DNA of 64,000 bases from Fimbriimonadales bacterium (GCA_045862955.1 BTVI01000002.1:90090-154089), one strand, 5' to 3'; shown: positions 18,932 to 28,690, counted from the stretch's first letter. Notes: a model not told the origin generated them from the sequence alone. Program-made: numbers and translations.

Positions 18932-20187
18932 GCCTCATACTCCTCGCGGGGGTCGGTGATCCTGCCATGGATCGCGCTGGCTGCGACCGTAGCAGGACTC
19001 GCCAGATAGATGTCGGCCTCCACGCATCCCATACGGCCCCGGAAGTTCCGGTTGGCGGTGCTGATGCACGCCTCGCCCGGTGCCAGCACTCCCTGGTGAG
19101 CCCCCATGCAAGGACCGCAGCCCGATGGCAAGATCAGCGAACCAGCTGCGCTCAACACTGCGATGGTGCCGTCGGCCAGCGCCTCGTCCAGCACCTTCTT
19201 ACTTGCGGGCACGGTAAGCATGCGGCAGTCGGGCGAGATCCTCCGGCCCTTCAGGATTCGCGCGGCCTCGTGCAGGTCGCTGAGCCGCCCATTGGTGCAT
19301 GTGCCGAGAAAGGCCTGATGGATCGCGACGTCTCCCAGCTCGGCAGCAGGGCGCACGTTGTCCACCCGATGCGGGATTGCCACCAGGGGGACCAGCGAAT
19401 CCAGGTCGAACGAGTACTCTGCCACGTACTTGGCGTCTGCGTCCGCCCATAGCGGCTCGCCCGTTGCGCGATGGCCGCTCATATACTCGAGGGCGATCTC
19501 GTCCACTGGGAATGCAGCGTTCTTCGCACCCATCTCCACAGCCATGTTACAAATCGCGATGCGGTCGTCCATGGTGAGTCCATCTACCGCACCGTGAAAC
19601 TCGACCGAGCAGTAGTTGGCACCGTCCGCACCCATCTCGCGGATGATTGCCAACATCAGGTCCTTAGCTGCCACGGGCGGGCGTAGCCTGCCGGACAGCG
19701 TGATCTTGATGGAGTGAGGTACCCGCAACCATGTCTCACCCGTGAGCAAGAGGCATGCTGCCTCGGTGCGGTCGATACCCGTGCTGAATGCGCCGATGGC
19801 GCCATAAGTACAAGTATGCGAGTCCGATCCCACGATGAGCTTGCCGGGACCCGCGAGGCCCTCTTCCATCACCAGCTGATGACATATACCCATACCGACA
19901 TCGTAGAAGTGCCGGATGCCTTGCGACTTGACGAACTCCCGAACCGCCTTGTGCTGAGCGGCTGCTTTCTCGTTAGCGGCAGGAGACACATGATCGAGCA
20001 CGATGATAGGCAGCTCTGGATCGCAGACGCCGTACTTCAGCAGCTCGTTCTCCACCTTCTTGATGATCGGTGCCGTGTTGTCATGGGTGAGCAAGTGATC
20101 CGGACGAACGGTGACCACCTGGCCCGGAACCACTGCATCATGGCCAGACGCCCTAGCTAGCACTTTCTCGGCAAACGTCATTCCCAC
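18928..20187 (-). CDS. LeuC/HacA/DmdA-type [4Fe-4S] hydro-lyase large subunit
   Basis: LDH, GICHQ, GSDSHTCTYGA, GTCTNGR, GCGPCMG, STANRNFRGRMG; three cluster cysteines intact. Confidence 0.95.
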   Translation of the reverse strand: MGMTFAEKVLARASGHDAVVPGQVVTVRPDHLLTHDNTAPIIKKVENELLKYGVCDPELPIIVLDHVSPAANEKAAAQHKAVREFVKSQGIRHFYDVGMGICHQLVMEEGLAGPGKLIVGSDSHTCTYGAIGAFSTGIDRTEAACLLLTGETWLRVPHSIKITLSGRLRPPVAAKDLMLAIIREMGADGANYCSVEFHGAVDGLTMDDRIAICNMAVEMGAKNAAFPVDEIALEYMSGHRATGEPLWADADAKYVAEYSFDLDSLVPLVAIPHRVDNVRPAAELGDVAIHQAFLGTCTNGRLSDLHEAARILKGRRISPDCRMLTVPASKKVLDEALADGTIAVLSAAGSLILPSGCGPCMGAHQGVLAPGEACISTANRNFRGRMGCVEADIYLASPATVAASAIHGRITDPREEYEA

Positions 20188-20197
20188 GATACGACTC

Positions 20198-20773
20198 CTA
20201 TTCGATCAGCCTGCCCGCTTTACGGAACACGAAGGGGTCGAAGGCCGCGAAGTCCGCCTGGTGGATGAAGATAGTTTCTACTACCTGCGGACGTCCATCG
20301 CCCTCCTTGGAGTGGCAGACGATGATGTTGATGATCTCCTCGGGCAGCCCGACGACCGCCGCTAGCCATGCACCGGAAATGGGATGGCGCGCGCAGCGAC
20401 CGGTGTGGCTCATCCGATACCCGCCCTGTCCGTCTGGCTCGATCTCGAGCAGCTTGCCCACGTCGTGCACCAGTCCGCCCGCGATCAGTCGATCCATGTC
20501 CACGTGGTAGGGCATCTTGTCATAGGCTCGCCGTTGTGCCTCGGCTAAGGCAACAGCGCCCTCTGTAACCGCAATAGTGTGCTGGATGAAATTAATGCCC
20601 TCTGCATCTACCAAGAGAGTAAAGGGCATGTTGCGCACGTCCTCGATACTGTTCCAATTGCCGCGCTTGCACGCCAGCAGCCACGTGTCAACCACCTTAC
20701 GCCTCAGTTCTTCGTTTTCTATCCGCTGCAACTGGGAACGGAAGAGGTCTTCGATCTCGGTTCTGGTTATCAT
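20198..20773 (-). CDS. HD-domain protein
   Basis: H...LVHDVGKLLE...HPISG...CH...HQAD HD signature. Confidence 0.9.
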   Translation of the reverse strand: MITRTEIEDLFRSQLQRIENEELRRKVVDTWLLACKRGNWNSIEDVRNMPFTLLVDAEGINFIQHTIAVTEGAVALAEAQRRAYDKMPYHVDMDRLIAGGLVHDVGKLLEIEPDGQGGYRMSHTGRCARHPISGAWLAAVVGLPEEIINIIVCHSKEGDGRPQVVETIFIHQADFAAFDPFVFRKAGRLIE

Positions 20774-20812
20774 GTCATTGGTCCCGTCGAGTGTATTCTT
20801 GGCCGAGTGTCC

Positions 20813-21994
20813 CTACAGGTTGGCGATGATGGCATCCGTCATCTCATAGGTGCTAGCGGCTCCCTGCGCGAGCGCCTCCGGGCCGCCGCGCAGCTTCAGC
20901 ATGTCATAGGTTCGCACTTTGCCTTCCTGGACCACCGCGGCGATGGCTAACCGAATGCGAGCGGCACGCGAATCCTCCCCTATGTGATCCAGCATCATGC
21001 ACGCGCTCAGGATCATGGCTATGGGGTTCACGATAGGTGGATCGAGATGTGCGTACTTCGGTGCGGAGCCGTGAGTGGGTTCGAATACCGCCACCTCTTC
21101 TCCGAGGTTCGCACTGCACGCGAATCCCAACCCGCCGACCAGCCCCGCAAATGCATCCGACACGATGTCGCCGAAGAGGTTGCCGCAAACGATCACACCA
21201 TAGTCTTCGGGGTTCTTTGTGAGCCACATAAGCTGTGCATCGATGTTCGTGTCCCAAAGCTGGATCTCCGGAAATCCCAACGCGATTCGCTCGGCCTCCG
21301 TCATCATCATGCCGCTCGTCTCGCGCAGCACGTTCGGCTTCTCGCACACGGTGACGGACTTGTACCGGTGTTTGCGTGCATACTCGAATGCCGCAGAGAT
21401 GATACGTTGGCTCGCCTTGCGCGTAATGATGCGGCAGGAGATGGCCAGGTCCTCGCTCGGTGTGTCGGAAAATGCTTGCATCTTCGGATGAGTCTCGAGG
21501 GCTGCTCGGACGCGGTCGGGCGGGTTGGTCCACTCCACCCCGCAGTACTCGCCCTCTGTGTTCTGCCGGAACACCACGACGTCTACGTGCGGCTCTTCGA
21601 TGCCGGACACGCCTTTGCGCACGAAGTTGAGCGGGTTGCCCGGGAACGAACGACACGGACGGATGCAGATGTCCAGGTTGAAACGCTGGCGCATCGTGAC
21701 GATCGGGCTGTAATAAGTGTAGCCCTTGTCTTGCAGCTCGGGAGCCAGCTCGGCCTTCGCCGCCGCTTTCGGCTTCGAGGTGATCGCGCCAAACAGCCCG
21801 AGCTTATGCTCGGCGAGAAGCTCGATCGTCCGTTCGGGAAGTGCGTTGCCCTCCTTGCACCAGAACTCCCAGCCGATGTCGCCGTGAACGTATTCGGCCT
21901 CGAACCCCGCCGCACGAAGAACCTTGAGAGCGCAAGGCATTACTACCTTGCCGATGCCGTCCCCCGGCATCGTTACGACCGTCCGATGCGCCAT
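20813..21994 (-). CDS. isocitrate/isopropylmalate family beta-decarboxylating dehydrogenase (homoisocitrate DH-like)
   Basis: PGDGIG, SPIVTMR, RQNTEGEY, NLFGDIVSD, FEPTHGSAPKYA, NPIAMIL; strong ggaggagga RBS. Confidence 0.93.
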   Translation of the reverse strand: MAHRTVVTMPGDGIGKVVMPCALKVLRAAGFEAEYVHGDIGWEFWCKEGNALPERTIELLAEHKLGLFGAITSKPKAAAKAELAPELQDKGYTYYSPIVTMRQRFNLDICIRPCRSFPGNPLNFVRKGVSGIEEPHVDVVVFRQNTEGEYCGVEWTNPPDRVRAALETHPKMQAFSDTPSEDLAISCRIITRKASQRIISAAFEYARKHRYKSVTVCEKPNVLRETSGMMMTEAERIALGFPEIQLWDTNIDAQLMWLTKNPEDYGVIVCGNLFGDIVSDAFAGLVGGLGFACSANLGEEVAVFEPTHGSAPKYAHLDPPIVNPIAMILSACMMLDHIGEDSRAARIRLAIAAVVQEGKVRTYDMLKLRGGPEALAQGAASTYEMTDAIIANL

Positions 21995-22155
21995 CACTCC
22001 TCCTCCATCGCCGCTGCGGAGCGGTCTCGCGACGCGGAGGGGGAAAGACGCAAGAACCTGAGGCGGAGCGCCCTCGATCGTTGCTGTTCCCGGCCTCGCC
22101 GTTGAGACCCGTCAGCGTGCCGGGATTTTACCCAGTTGCAATCGTGCGAAACGAC

Positions 22156-23403
22156 CTAGCGCTTGCGAGCCGGAATTAAATACACCTGATCGAGCCAAAG
22201 AGCGTAGTCTATGGCCGCAGGCAGGTTCTCTTCGCAAGTCGGGATGATCTGCTCCTTGGGAAGCACGAAACCGTACTCGCCGGTGTCGCGCAGCTCGATA
22301 GTGATCGCCCGCGTGCCTGCGACCGCATAGGACCAATCGAGGCTGCAGCCCGATGCGAGATAGAGCGAACCGCCCACGCTGCCGTAGTCGTACACCATGC
22401 CGTGGACCTGGTTGATGAGCGTCGCCATGCGCCCCGTCGCCGAGAGGAATGCCGCATAGTCGGGGCACTGCGCCGACGTGTAGCCCCAAGGAAAGAGGAT
22501 GAGCTGGCTATAGCTGTGGTAGTCGAGGTGCCCCTTGACCCGCGGGTTGGCTAGCAGGAAGTCTCGCACCGCGCGCGTTTCCGGCTCGGAAAAAGGCGAT
22601 GGACCTCGGTAGGTCTCGCTCGAGGTGTTGCCACTCGACCCGTCTCCGCCCCACATGTAGCCCCAGTTGCGGTTGAGGTCCACACCGTAGGTGCCATCCC
22701 CGTTGTTCCTGCGGTTCTTGCGCCACATGCGGTTATTGGTCCACGTGTAGCGATAGCCGTCGGGGTTCATCACAGGCATGCAGTACACGTCCATGTGATT
22801 CAAGATGTCCGTCGCTCGTTTGTCCACACCGTAGTTCGTCAAGAGGTAGTTGGCGATGTAGAGGACCACCGGCGGACTGATCCACTCCCGCGCGTGCTCC
22901 GCGCCGTGGTACAGAACTCCCAGCTTCTTGCTTCCGTATGCGTCGGTCTGGTTGACGCCCGTCGAGAGGCGCAACACGTAGATGGGCCGGTTCTGAACGC
23001 TCGTACCGACCTGGATGCGCTTCGCCAGAGCAGGGTATTGCTGTTCCCAAGCCAAGAGCTGATCGTTGATTTGGTCGAGGGTCAGGTAGTCGTCGAAGAT
23101 GCCCTGGGCCTGCACGTCCGACTTCTGGGAGTCGATCAGCTTCTGGAGGTCTTCGATCAGCACCATGTAGGGAATGCGAGCCTGCTCAACCCGCTTGAGC
23201 TGCTCGGGCGTAACTCGCACGTCTACGGGGCCGAGATCCGGTCGCTCCGACCAGAAGTCCACGTTCAGCTTCTCCAGAAAGGTCAGCTGCGAGGGCTTGG
23301 TGATGTAGGTTCGGATGACCTTGTGGCCGTGGAACTCGACCTGCTGCGCGAAGACGCAAGCAGCGAAAACCAGGACCAGCAACGCGACGAGCGCTCTCTT
23401 CAT
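22156..23403 (-). CDS. secreted M14 zinc carboxypeptidase with propeptide
   Basis: signal peptide MKRALVALL; HAREW, NPDGY, WRKNR, GVDLNRNW, HSYSQ, TIELR. Confidence 0.95.
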   Translation of the reverse strand: MKRALVALLVLVFAACVFAQQVEFHGHKVIRTYITKPSQLTFLEKLNVDFWSERPDLGPVDVRVTPEQLKRVEQARIPYMVLIEDLQKLIDSQKSDVQAQGIFDDYLTLDQINDQLLAWEQQYPALAKRIQVGTSVQNRPIYVLRLSTGVNQTDAYGSKKLGVLYHGAEHAREWISPPVVLYIANYLLTNYGVDKRATDILNHMDVYCMPVMNPDGYRYTWTNNRMWRKNRRNNGDGTYGVDLNRNWGYMWGGDGSSGNTSSETYRGPSPFSEPETRAVRDFLLANPRVKGHLDYHSYSQLILFPWGYTSAQCPDYAAFLSATGRMATLINQVHGMVYDYGSVGGSLYLASGCSLDWSYAVAGTRAITIELRDTGEYGFVLPKEQIIPTCEENLPAAIDYALWLDQVYLIPARKR

Positions 23404-23574
23404 CGATTCCACCTCCGGCGGTGGGCGTGGCACTACGCCCGGCCTCTTCACGGGCCATTCACTCAAACAATCCCTGCCCTCCACCGGTTCCCGGTGCAGC
23501 GACGACGATGAGTGCAGTGGGCCTCGAGAGTCGCCAGCGACGGCGCCTCGGTGCAGGGCGTTCGACTCCGGCTG

Positions 23575-24219
23575 CTAGTTGCGACCCGATTTGGTTACCA
23601 ACTCAGGATGCCACTTCATGCTGCCGTCGAGCAATAGGCCGTTGCCCCCGCGGCCGTGCGCCGTCAGTCCGAAGTCGGAGTCGGCAGGCAGCGCGACCCA
23701 GTCGCCGATGTAGTAGGTCTCGCTTGGGCCGGTCCTCAACTTCGAGACGCGAATGGCGAGCGTACCGTTGGGGCCCCTATACTTGCGAAGGTACAGTAGA
23801 AGATGCGACATCTGATAGCTCGTATATTGCTGCCGGTGGTCCTCGGGGTGGTCGTACTCCGCAATGAACTCGGTGCCGCGGTGGCTGTCGGCGGGGCACC
23901 AAAACACCTCGTGCGATCTCGTATAGGTGCTGAGGGAGTCTCTCCAGTCCTTGGGTCGTCCGACAACGGGAGTACTCAGCACTTTCGCGCGCTCACCCAG
24001 TTCCTTGACGGACTGAAGCGAGTGGCACGGAAGCCAGCCCTGGTGGTCGTCCGCGTACATGATGACCGCCTTGCCGATCTGGCCCAGGTTGCTGCCGCAG
24101 CCGGAGACGAGGCTGCGTGCGCGAACCAAGTTCGAGACCGGCATTGCGACTGCGATGAGCGCAAGGATGATGACCACGACGACCAAGAGCTCGACAAGCG
24201 TGAAGGCGCCTGCTCTCAT
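23575..24219 (-). CDS. prepilin-type N-terminal cleavage/methylation protein (DUF1559/H-X9-DG type)
   Basis: GAFTLVELLVVVVII, CGSNLGQIG, FWCP, HGRGGNGLLLDG. Confidence 0.9.
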   Translation of the reverse strand: MRAGAFTLVELLVVVVIILALIAVAMPVSNLVRARSLVSGCGSNLGQIGKAVIMYADDHQGWLPCHSLQSVKELGERAKVLSTPVVGRPKDWRDSLSTYTRSHEVFWCPADSHRGTEFIAEYDHPEDHRQQYTSYQMSHLLLYLRKYRGPNGTLAIRVSKLRTGPSETYYIGDWVALPADSDFGLTAHGRGGNGLLLDGSMKWHPELVTKSGRN

Positions 24220-24253
24220 ACCTCACCTCACTTGACTGGGCGATCCCTAGTCC

Positions 24254-24944
24254 CTAGTGGTGACAGCACTTGCGCGAATACTGCCCGGCGTCCCATGGCC
24301 CCTCACAGTCCTTCAGTTCGTATACCCGCGTCGTGCAGCTATCCCAGACACAGCCCGGTCCCTGCTGATCGATGCACCTATCGAACCCACTGGGCAAGTA
24401 CAGGGTTGACCCGCCGTACTGCCAGTTTGAGCAGCCGTAGTCACAGCAGTGGCCTTCCGGATCGCAGTTGGGGTTGGGCTCAGACATGGTCGCCACACCC
24501 TGGGCGACCGCGATGCCCACCAGCAGCAGCACCGCCACCGATGCGAGGCTGCGGACTGCCGATAGTTGCTGGGCGCGAGCTACGATTTCGCGGACGGTAG
24601 CCGCGGCTACGACACTAAAGCACGCCCAGACGCCTACGCACAAGGGGCAGAGGGCACCGTCGCGGGACATCGCGTCCAGGGCGACCACCCCGACCGGAAT
24701 CCCCGCCAGGACGGCAAGTCGGGAAATACGACGCAACCGGGACCTGCACACGCCGTTGAGCAACTGAAGCACGAAGAAAGCTGCGCCGGCAATGGCTGGC
24801 AAGAACGCTGCGAATGTCGCCCCGACAATCGTCTGCCCAGCGCAATCACAGATCCTCATGCCTCCGGCCTCAGCGACGCGAGTAGCTAGGATGGCAGTGG
24901 AGAGTACCACCCCCCCAGCACGCTAACGAAGTGAGCTTCTTCAC
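24254..24944 (-). CDS. membrane protein with CDC and CPLC (VKOR-like) plus a C-terminal 10-Cys domain; apparent +1 G in a G7 run at 24910-24916
   Basis: ORF 24254..24910; the upstream frame from GTG 24944 (MKKLTSLACWG) joins VVLSTAIL if one G is removed. Confidence 0.6.
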
Positions 24945-25189
24945 TTCTTCCACACCTCATCTTGGTCTAGCGCGCCTGGTGCGCCGGGTTCGTAATCATT
25001 CTATCGCTTCCCGAGGGCTGCGTCAAGTCTTCCGGGTGTCATCCTGCGAGGTTCCTTCGATTCTGATGGTACATCGGTACAACGAACCGGCGACGCCGGT
25101 TGGCCCAACGCCGAGCCGGGTGCGAGCTTCCCCACTCTCGGCCGTTGAGAACTTCGGGTAACCTGCAACGTATCCGACAATGGAGCCTG

Positions 25190-25411
25190 ATGAAGCCGCA
25201 CTTGACGATCATCTATGAGCTGGGCGAGGACGGGTGGTGGCTCGCCACGATCCCTGAGGTGCCGGGAGCCTTCTCGCAGGGGAGAACGAAGGACGAAGCC
25301 CGCGAGAACGTCCTCGACGCCCTTCACGAACTGATGGAGGCACGGAGAGAGCTCGCGCTCCGCGAGCGCCCTGCCGACGCTGAGGTGGAGTCGCTGCCGT
25401 TCGCGGGCTAG
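25190..25411 (+). CDS. hicB: HicB-family antitoxin (short, no DNA-binding domain)
   Basis: EDGWWLATIPEVPGAFSQGRTKDEARENVLDAL. Confidence 0.9.
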   Translation: MKPHLTIIYELGEDGWWLATIPEVPGAFSQGRTKDEARENVLDALHELMEARRELALRERPADAEVESLPFAG

Positions 25412-25602
25412 CCGGCCGCCGGAGGCTGAATCTCGAGCTCCGAGCATATACGCCGAACCAAGAGGCGGCCAATCTCGTGGTGACGCGGAACCGGCGCGGT
25501 TTTGCCCGAGACCGGATTGCGATAGATCGTGTGCTTCGCACCTTCCCTGATCTTCTGGCAGCCCTGCTCTCGCAGGTGCCTCAGCAGATCGCCTCGCCTC
25601 AT
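25408..25602 (-). CDS. hicA: HicA-family mRNase toxin
   Basis: LLRHLREQGC..IREGAKHTIY...VPRHHEI...RICSEL; catalytic His present. Confidence 0.9.
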   Translation of the reverse strand: MRRGDLLRHLREQGCQKIREGAKHTIYRNPVSGKTAPVPRHHEIGRLLVRRICSELEIQPPAAG

Positions 25603-26309
25603 GGCTCACCGTTGGTTTCGTCTAGCAAGTCAATACGCAGATGGGCGAACAGCTTTGCTAGCTCTTGCCGGGTCAAGTCATCTGGCACGCGCAACTCGGC
25701 CATGCGTCCCCTGGTCAGGAAGTAGCGGAGAACTACAACCTGCGTAGCCGCAGGAGTGGAATCAGTCGCAACGGAAGGAGGCTGACCAGTACGCTTCGTC
25801 TTGCCTGAGCCAACATCGTGCTGCCTACTGGAACCCGTGCGGCGCGAAGATCTCTGGCCAGCCGACTTCGCGTGCTCACCAGACCAAAGTACCTGGAACA
25901 GTCTGGCAACATTGCGTGCTGTCTGCGAGCCCAGACCTTTCGTGACCAGCATTCGCTGCACCGTCTCCGCGTCCGGGGCCGTCCCGGACAGCGCATCCAC
26001 GATGTCCCCGGGAAAGGCGGCTCGCAACATCTGGGCACAGGCTTCGCGGTAGCCATCCTCCGTTCGCCATGCTTTGGCGATCTCGGTCGGCGTCCCATCA
26101 GCATCGATGAGACTCAGCCTCTTGAGCTGACTAACAACCGTCCGCGCGCTGCGTTCCTTTTGATACCCTGGCACATGGGCCATTACCCAGGTCGGGTCAA
26201 CACGAGCCGGACTTCTCCTAATAAAAGCTTCCCTAATGGCGAAGTAGGCCGATCTTGTCAACTGGGGGAAGTTGTCGGTTTTCGCAGGCCTTTCCATAGG
26301 TTTACTCAT
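25599..26309 (-). CDS. DUF5343-like wHTH protein
   Basis: P.RVD..W...A..VVSQLKRLSLIDADGTPTE....WR....YREA pattern; short C-terminal LRVPDDLT..E domain. Confidence 0.65.
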   Translation of the reverse strand: MSKPMERPAKTDNFPQLTRSAYFAIREAFIRRSPARVDPTWVMAHVPGYQKERSARTVVSQLKRLSLIDADGTPTEIAKAWRTEDGYREACAQMLRAAFPGDIVDALSGTAPDAETVQRMLVTKGLGSQTARNVARLFQVLWSGEHAKSAGQRSSRRTGSSRQHDVGSGKTKRTGQPPSVATDSTPAATQVVVLRYFLTRGRMAELRVPDDLTRQELAKLFAHLRIDLLDETNGEP

Positions 26310-26608
26310 CTCCCTTCGCCCAGAGCGACCGCATCACGACCGGCACTGAACGCTGCGGGCATAATACCCGTAATGCAAGTTGGACGTCAATACCATATAT
26401 GGCGACGCCACAAGACCCGCAATACCACCAGCGCGCCCCCGATGTTCTCAGCCACATCGAGCCATCTGCCGCAGGCGCATGTGTGGAGGAGCGCTCGCAA
26501 CTCCCGACGGGTCAAGCCTGAACTGACGGCCATCTCCCATCGAACTCGTCTGACCGGTCGGACCCGTCAGCCTCGTCGTACCCCTCCGACTCGTCCTGCA
26601 CCTCCCGT

Positions 26609-27586
26609 TTGGAATACACTCTCCCCGTGCAAGCGCAACCTGAACTAAAGCGTGCAGTGGTCACCGGAGGGGCCGGGTTCCTCGGCTCCCACCTCGCCGA
26701 CCGGCTAATCCGCGAGGGCTGGGCCGTGACCGTGCTCGATAACCTGATCACCGGTAGTCTCAGCAACATCGAGCACCTGTTCGGCAACCCCGCCTTCCGC
26801 TTCATCAAATACGACGTCACCGAGTACATCCACGTGGACGGGCCGGTGGACTTCGTGTTCCACTTCGCCTCCCCCGCCAGCCCGGTGGACTTCGACCGCC
26901 TGCCGATCCAGACGCTGAAGGTGGGTGCGCTCGGAACGCACAAGGCGCTGGGTTTGGCCAAGGCAAAGGGCGCGCGCTTCATGCTTGCCTCCACCTCGGA
27001 GGTATACGGCGATCCGCTGGTGCACCCGCAGCCGGAGGAGTATTGGGGCAACGTCAACCCCATCGGCCCGCGCGGCGTGTACGACGAGGCGAAGCGCTAT
27101 GCCGAATCGCTCACCATGGCCTACAAACGCTACCATGGGGTGGACGTGCGCGTGGTGCGCCTATTCAATACGTATGGCCCGCGAATGCGAATGGACGATG
27201 GGCGCGCGGTGCCGAACCTATTGACGCAGGCGCTAACGGGCAAGCCTTTGACCATCTACGGCGATGGGAGCTATACGCGCAGCTTCGGCTACGTGGACGA
27301 CATCTTGGAAGGCGTGTGGCGGCTGGCGTTCTCGGACTACTCGCTGCCCATGAACATCGGCTCGCCTCACGAGTTCACGATGCTGGAACTGGTGGAGGTG
27401 ATCCGACGGGTGACCGGGGCGCAAGTCCAAGTCGAGCATCATCCACCGCTGCCGGATGACCCGAAGCGCCGCCAACCCGACATCACCAAGGCGCGCACCA
27501 TCCTCGGCTGGGAGCCCACCACGCCGCTGGAAGAAGGCCTCCGTATCACCGCCGAGGACTTCCGAAGGAGGCTGGCCGCCGGATAG
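26609..27586 (+). CDS. UDP-glucuronate decarboxylase family SDR
   Basis: [51 protein letters not shown]. Confidence 0.93.
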   Translation: MEYTLPVQAQPELKRAVVTGGAGFLGSHLADRLIREGWAVTVLDNLITGSLSNIEHLFGNPAFRFIKYDVTEYIHVDGPVDFVFHFASPASPVDFDRLPIQTLKVGALGTHKALGLAKAKGARFMLASTSEVYGDPLVHPQPEEYWGNVNPIGPRGVYDEAKRYAESLTMAYKRYHGVDVRVVRLFNTYGPRMRMDDGRAVPNLLTQALTGKPLTIYGDGSYTRSFGYVDDILEGVWRLAFSDYSLPMNIGSPHEFTMLELVEVIRRVTGAQVQVEHHPPLPDDPKRRQPDITKARTILGWEPTTPLEEGLRITAEDFRRRLAAG

Positions 27587-27595
27587 GACGGTTCT

Positions 27596-28690
27596 ATCAT
27601 CTCTCCACCCCCCATGGGGTGGAGAGACGTTGACCGAAACCCGGAGACCACACGCCCGCGCACCTCCACCCCCCATGGGGTGGAGAGACGAGAAGGCGCG
27701 CCACACCACTATACGAGCAGGCGCGCCACACCACCATCTCTCCACCCCCCATGGGGTGGAGAGACGAGCAGGCATGCCACACCACAATCTCTCCACCCCC
27801 CATGGGGTGGAGAGACGAGCAGGCACGCCACACTACTATCTCTCCACCCCCCATGGGGTGGAGAGACGATCACGCACGCCACACCACTATCATCTCTCCA
27901 CCCCCCATGGGGTGGAGAGACGATCAGGCATGCCACACCACTATCATCTCTCCACCCCCCATGGGGTGGAGAGACGAGCAGGCATGCCACACCACCATCT
28001 CTCCACCCCCCATGGGGTGGAGAGACGATCAGGCACGCCACACCACTATCTCTCCACCCCCCCATGGGGTGGAGAGACGAGAAGGCACGGGAGCCTCCAT
28101 CCGAGGGCGGATGGAGGCAAGGGACTCTGAGAGCGGCGGAGGCATGCCACACCACTATCTCTCCACCCCCCCATGGGGTGGAGAGACGAGAAGGCGCGGG
28201 AGCCTCCATCCGAGGGCGGATGGAGGCATGGGTCTCGAGTGCGGATGGAGGCATGACGAGAAGGCGCGGGAGCCTCCATCCGAGGGCGGATGGAGGCATG
28301 CCACACTATCATCTCTCCACCCCCCCATGGGGTGGAGAGACGAGAAGGCACGAGAGCCTCCATCCGAGGGCGGATGGAGGCATGGGAAAGGCATCACCAC
28401 TATCTCTCCACCCCCCATGGGGTGGCGAGGCGAGAAGGCGCACGATCCTCCATCCGAGGGCGGATGGAGGCATGGGAAAGGCATCACCACCATCTCTCCA
28501 CCCCCCATGGGGTGGAGAGACGAGAAGGCGCACGAGAGCCTCCATCCGATGGCGGATGGAGGCATGGGACTCTGAGATCACCACCATCTCTCCACCCCCC
28601 ATGGGGTGGAGAGGCGAGAAGGCGCACGAGCCTCCATCCGATGGCCGATGGAGGCATGGGACTCGGAGAACGGCGGAGGCATGACGAGAC
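27596..28690. repeat. composite palindromic repeat array: 14 type-A and 7 type-B hairpins
   Basis: type A atctctccacccccc(c)atggggtggagagacga; type B gcctccatccgagggcggatggaggc; linkers are near-identical (gcaggcatgccacaccac variants). Confidence 0.92.

Noticed and set aside
27596..28690. CRISPR array
   Set aside because: Linkers are short variants of one sequence rather than unique spacers, the period is irregular, and there are no cas genes or AT-rich leader
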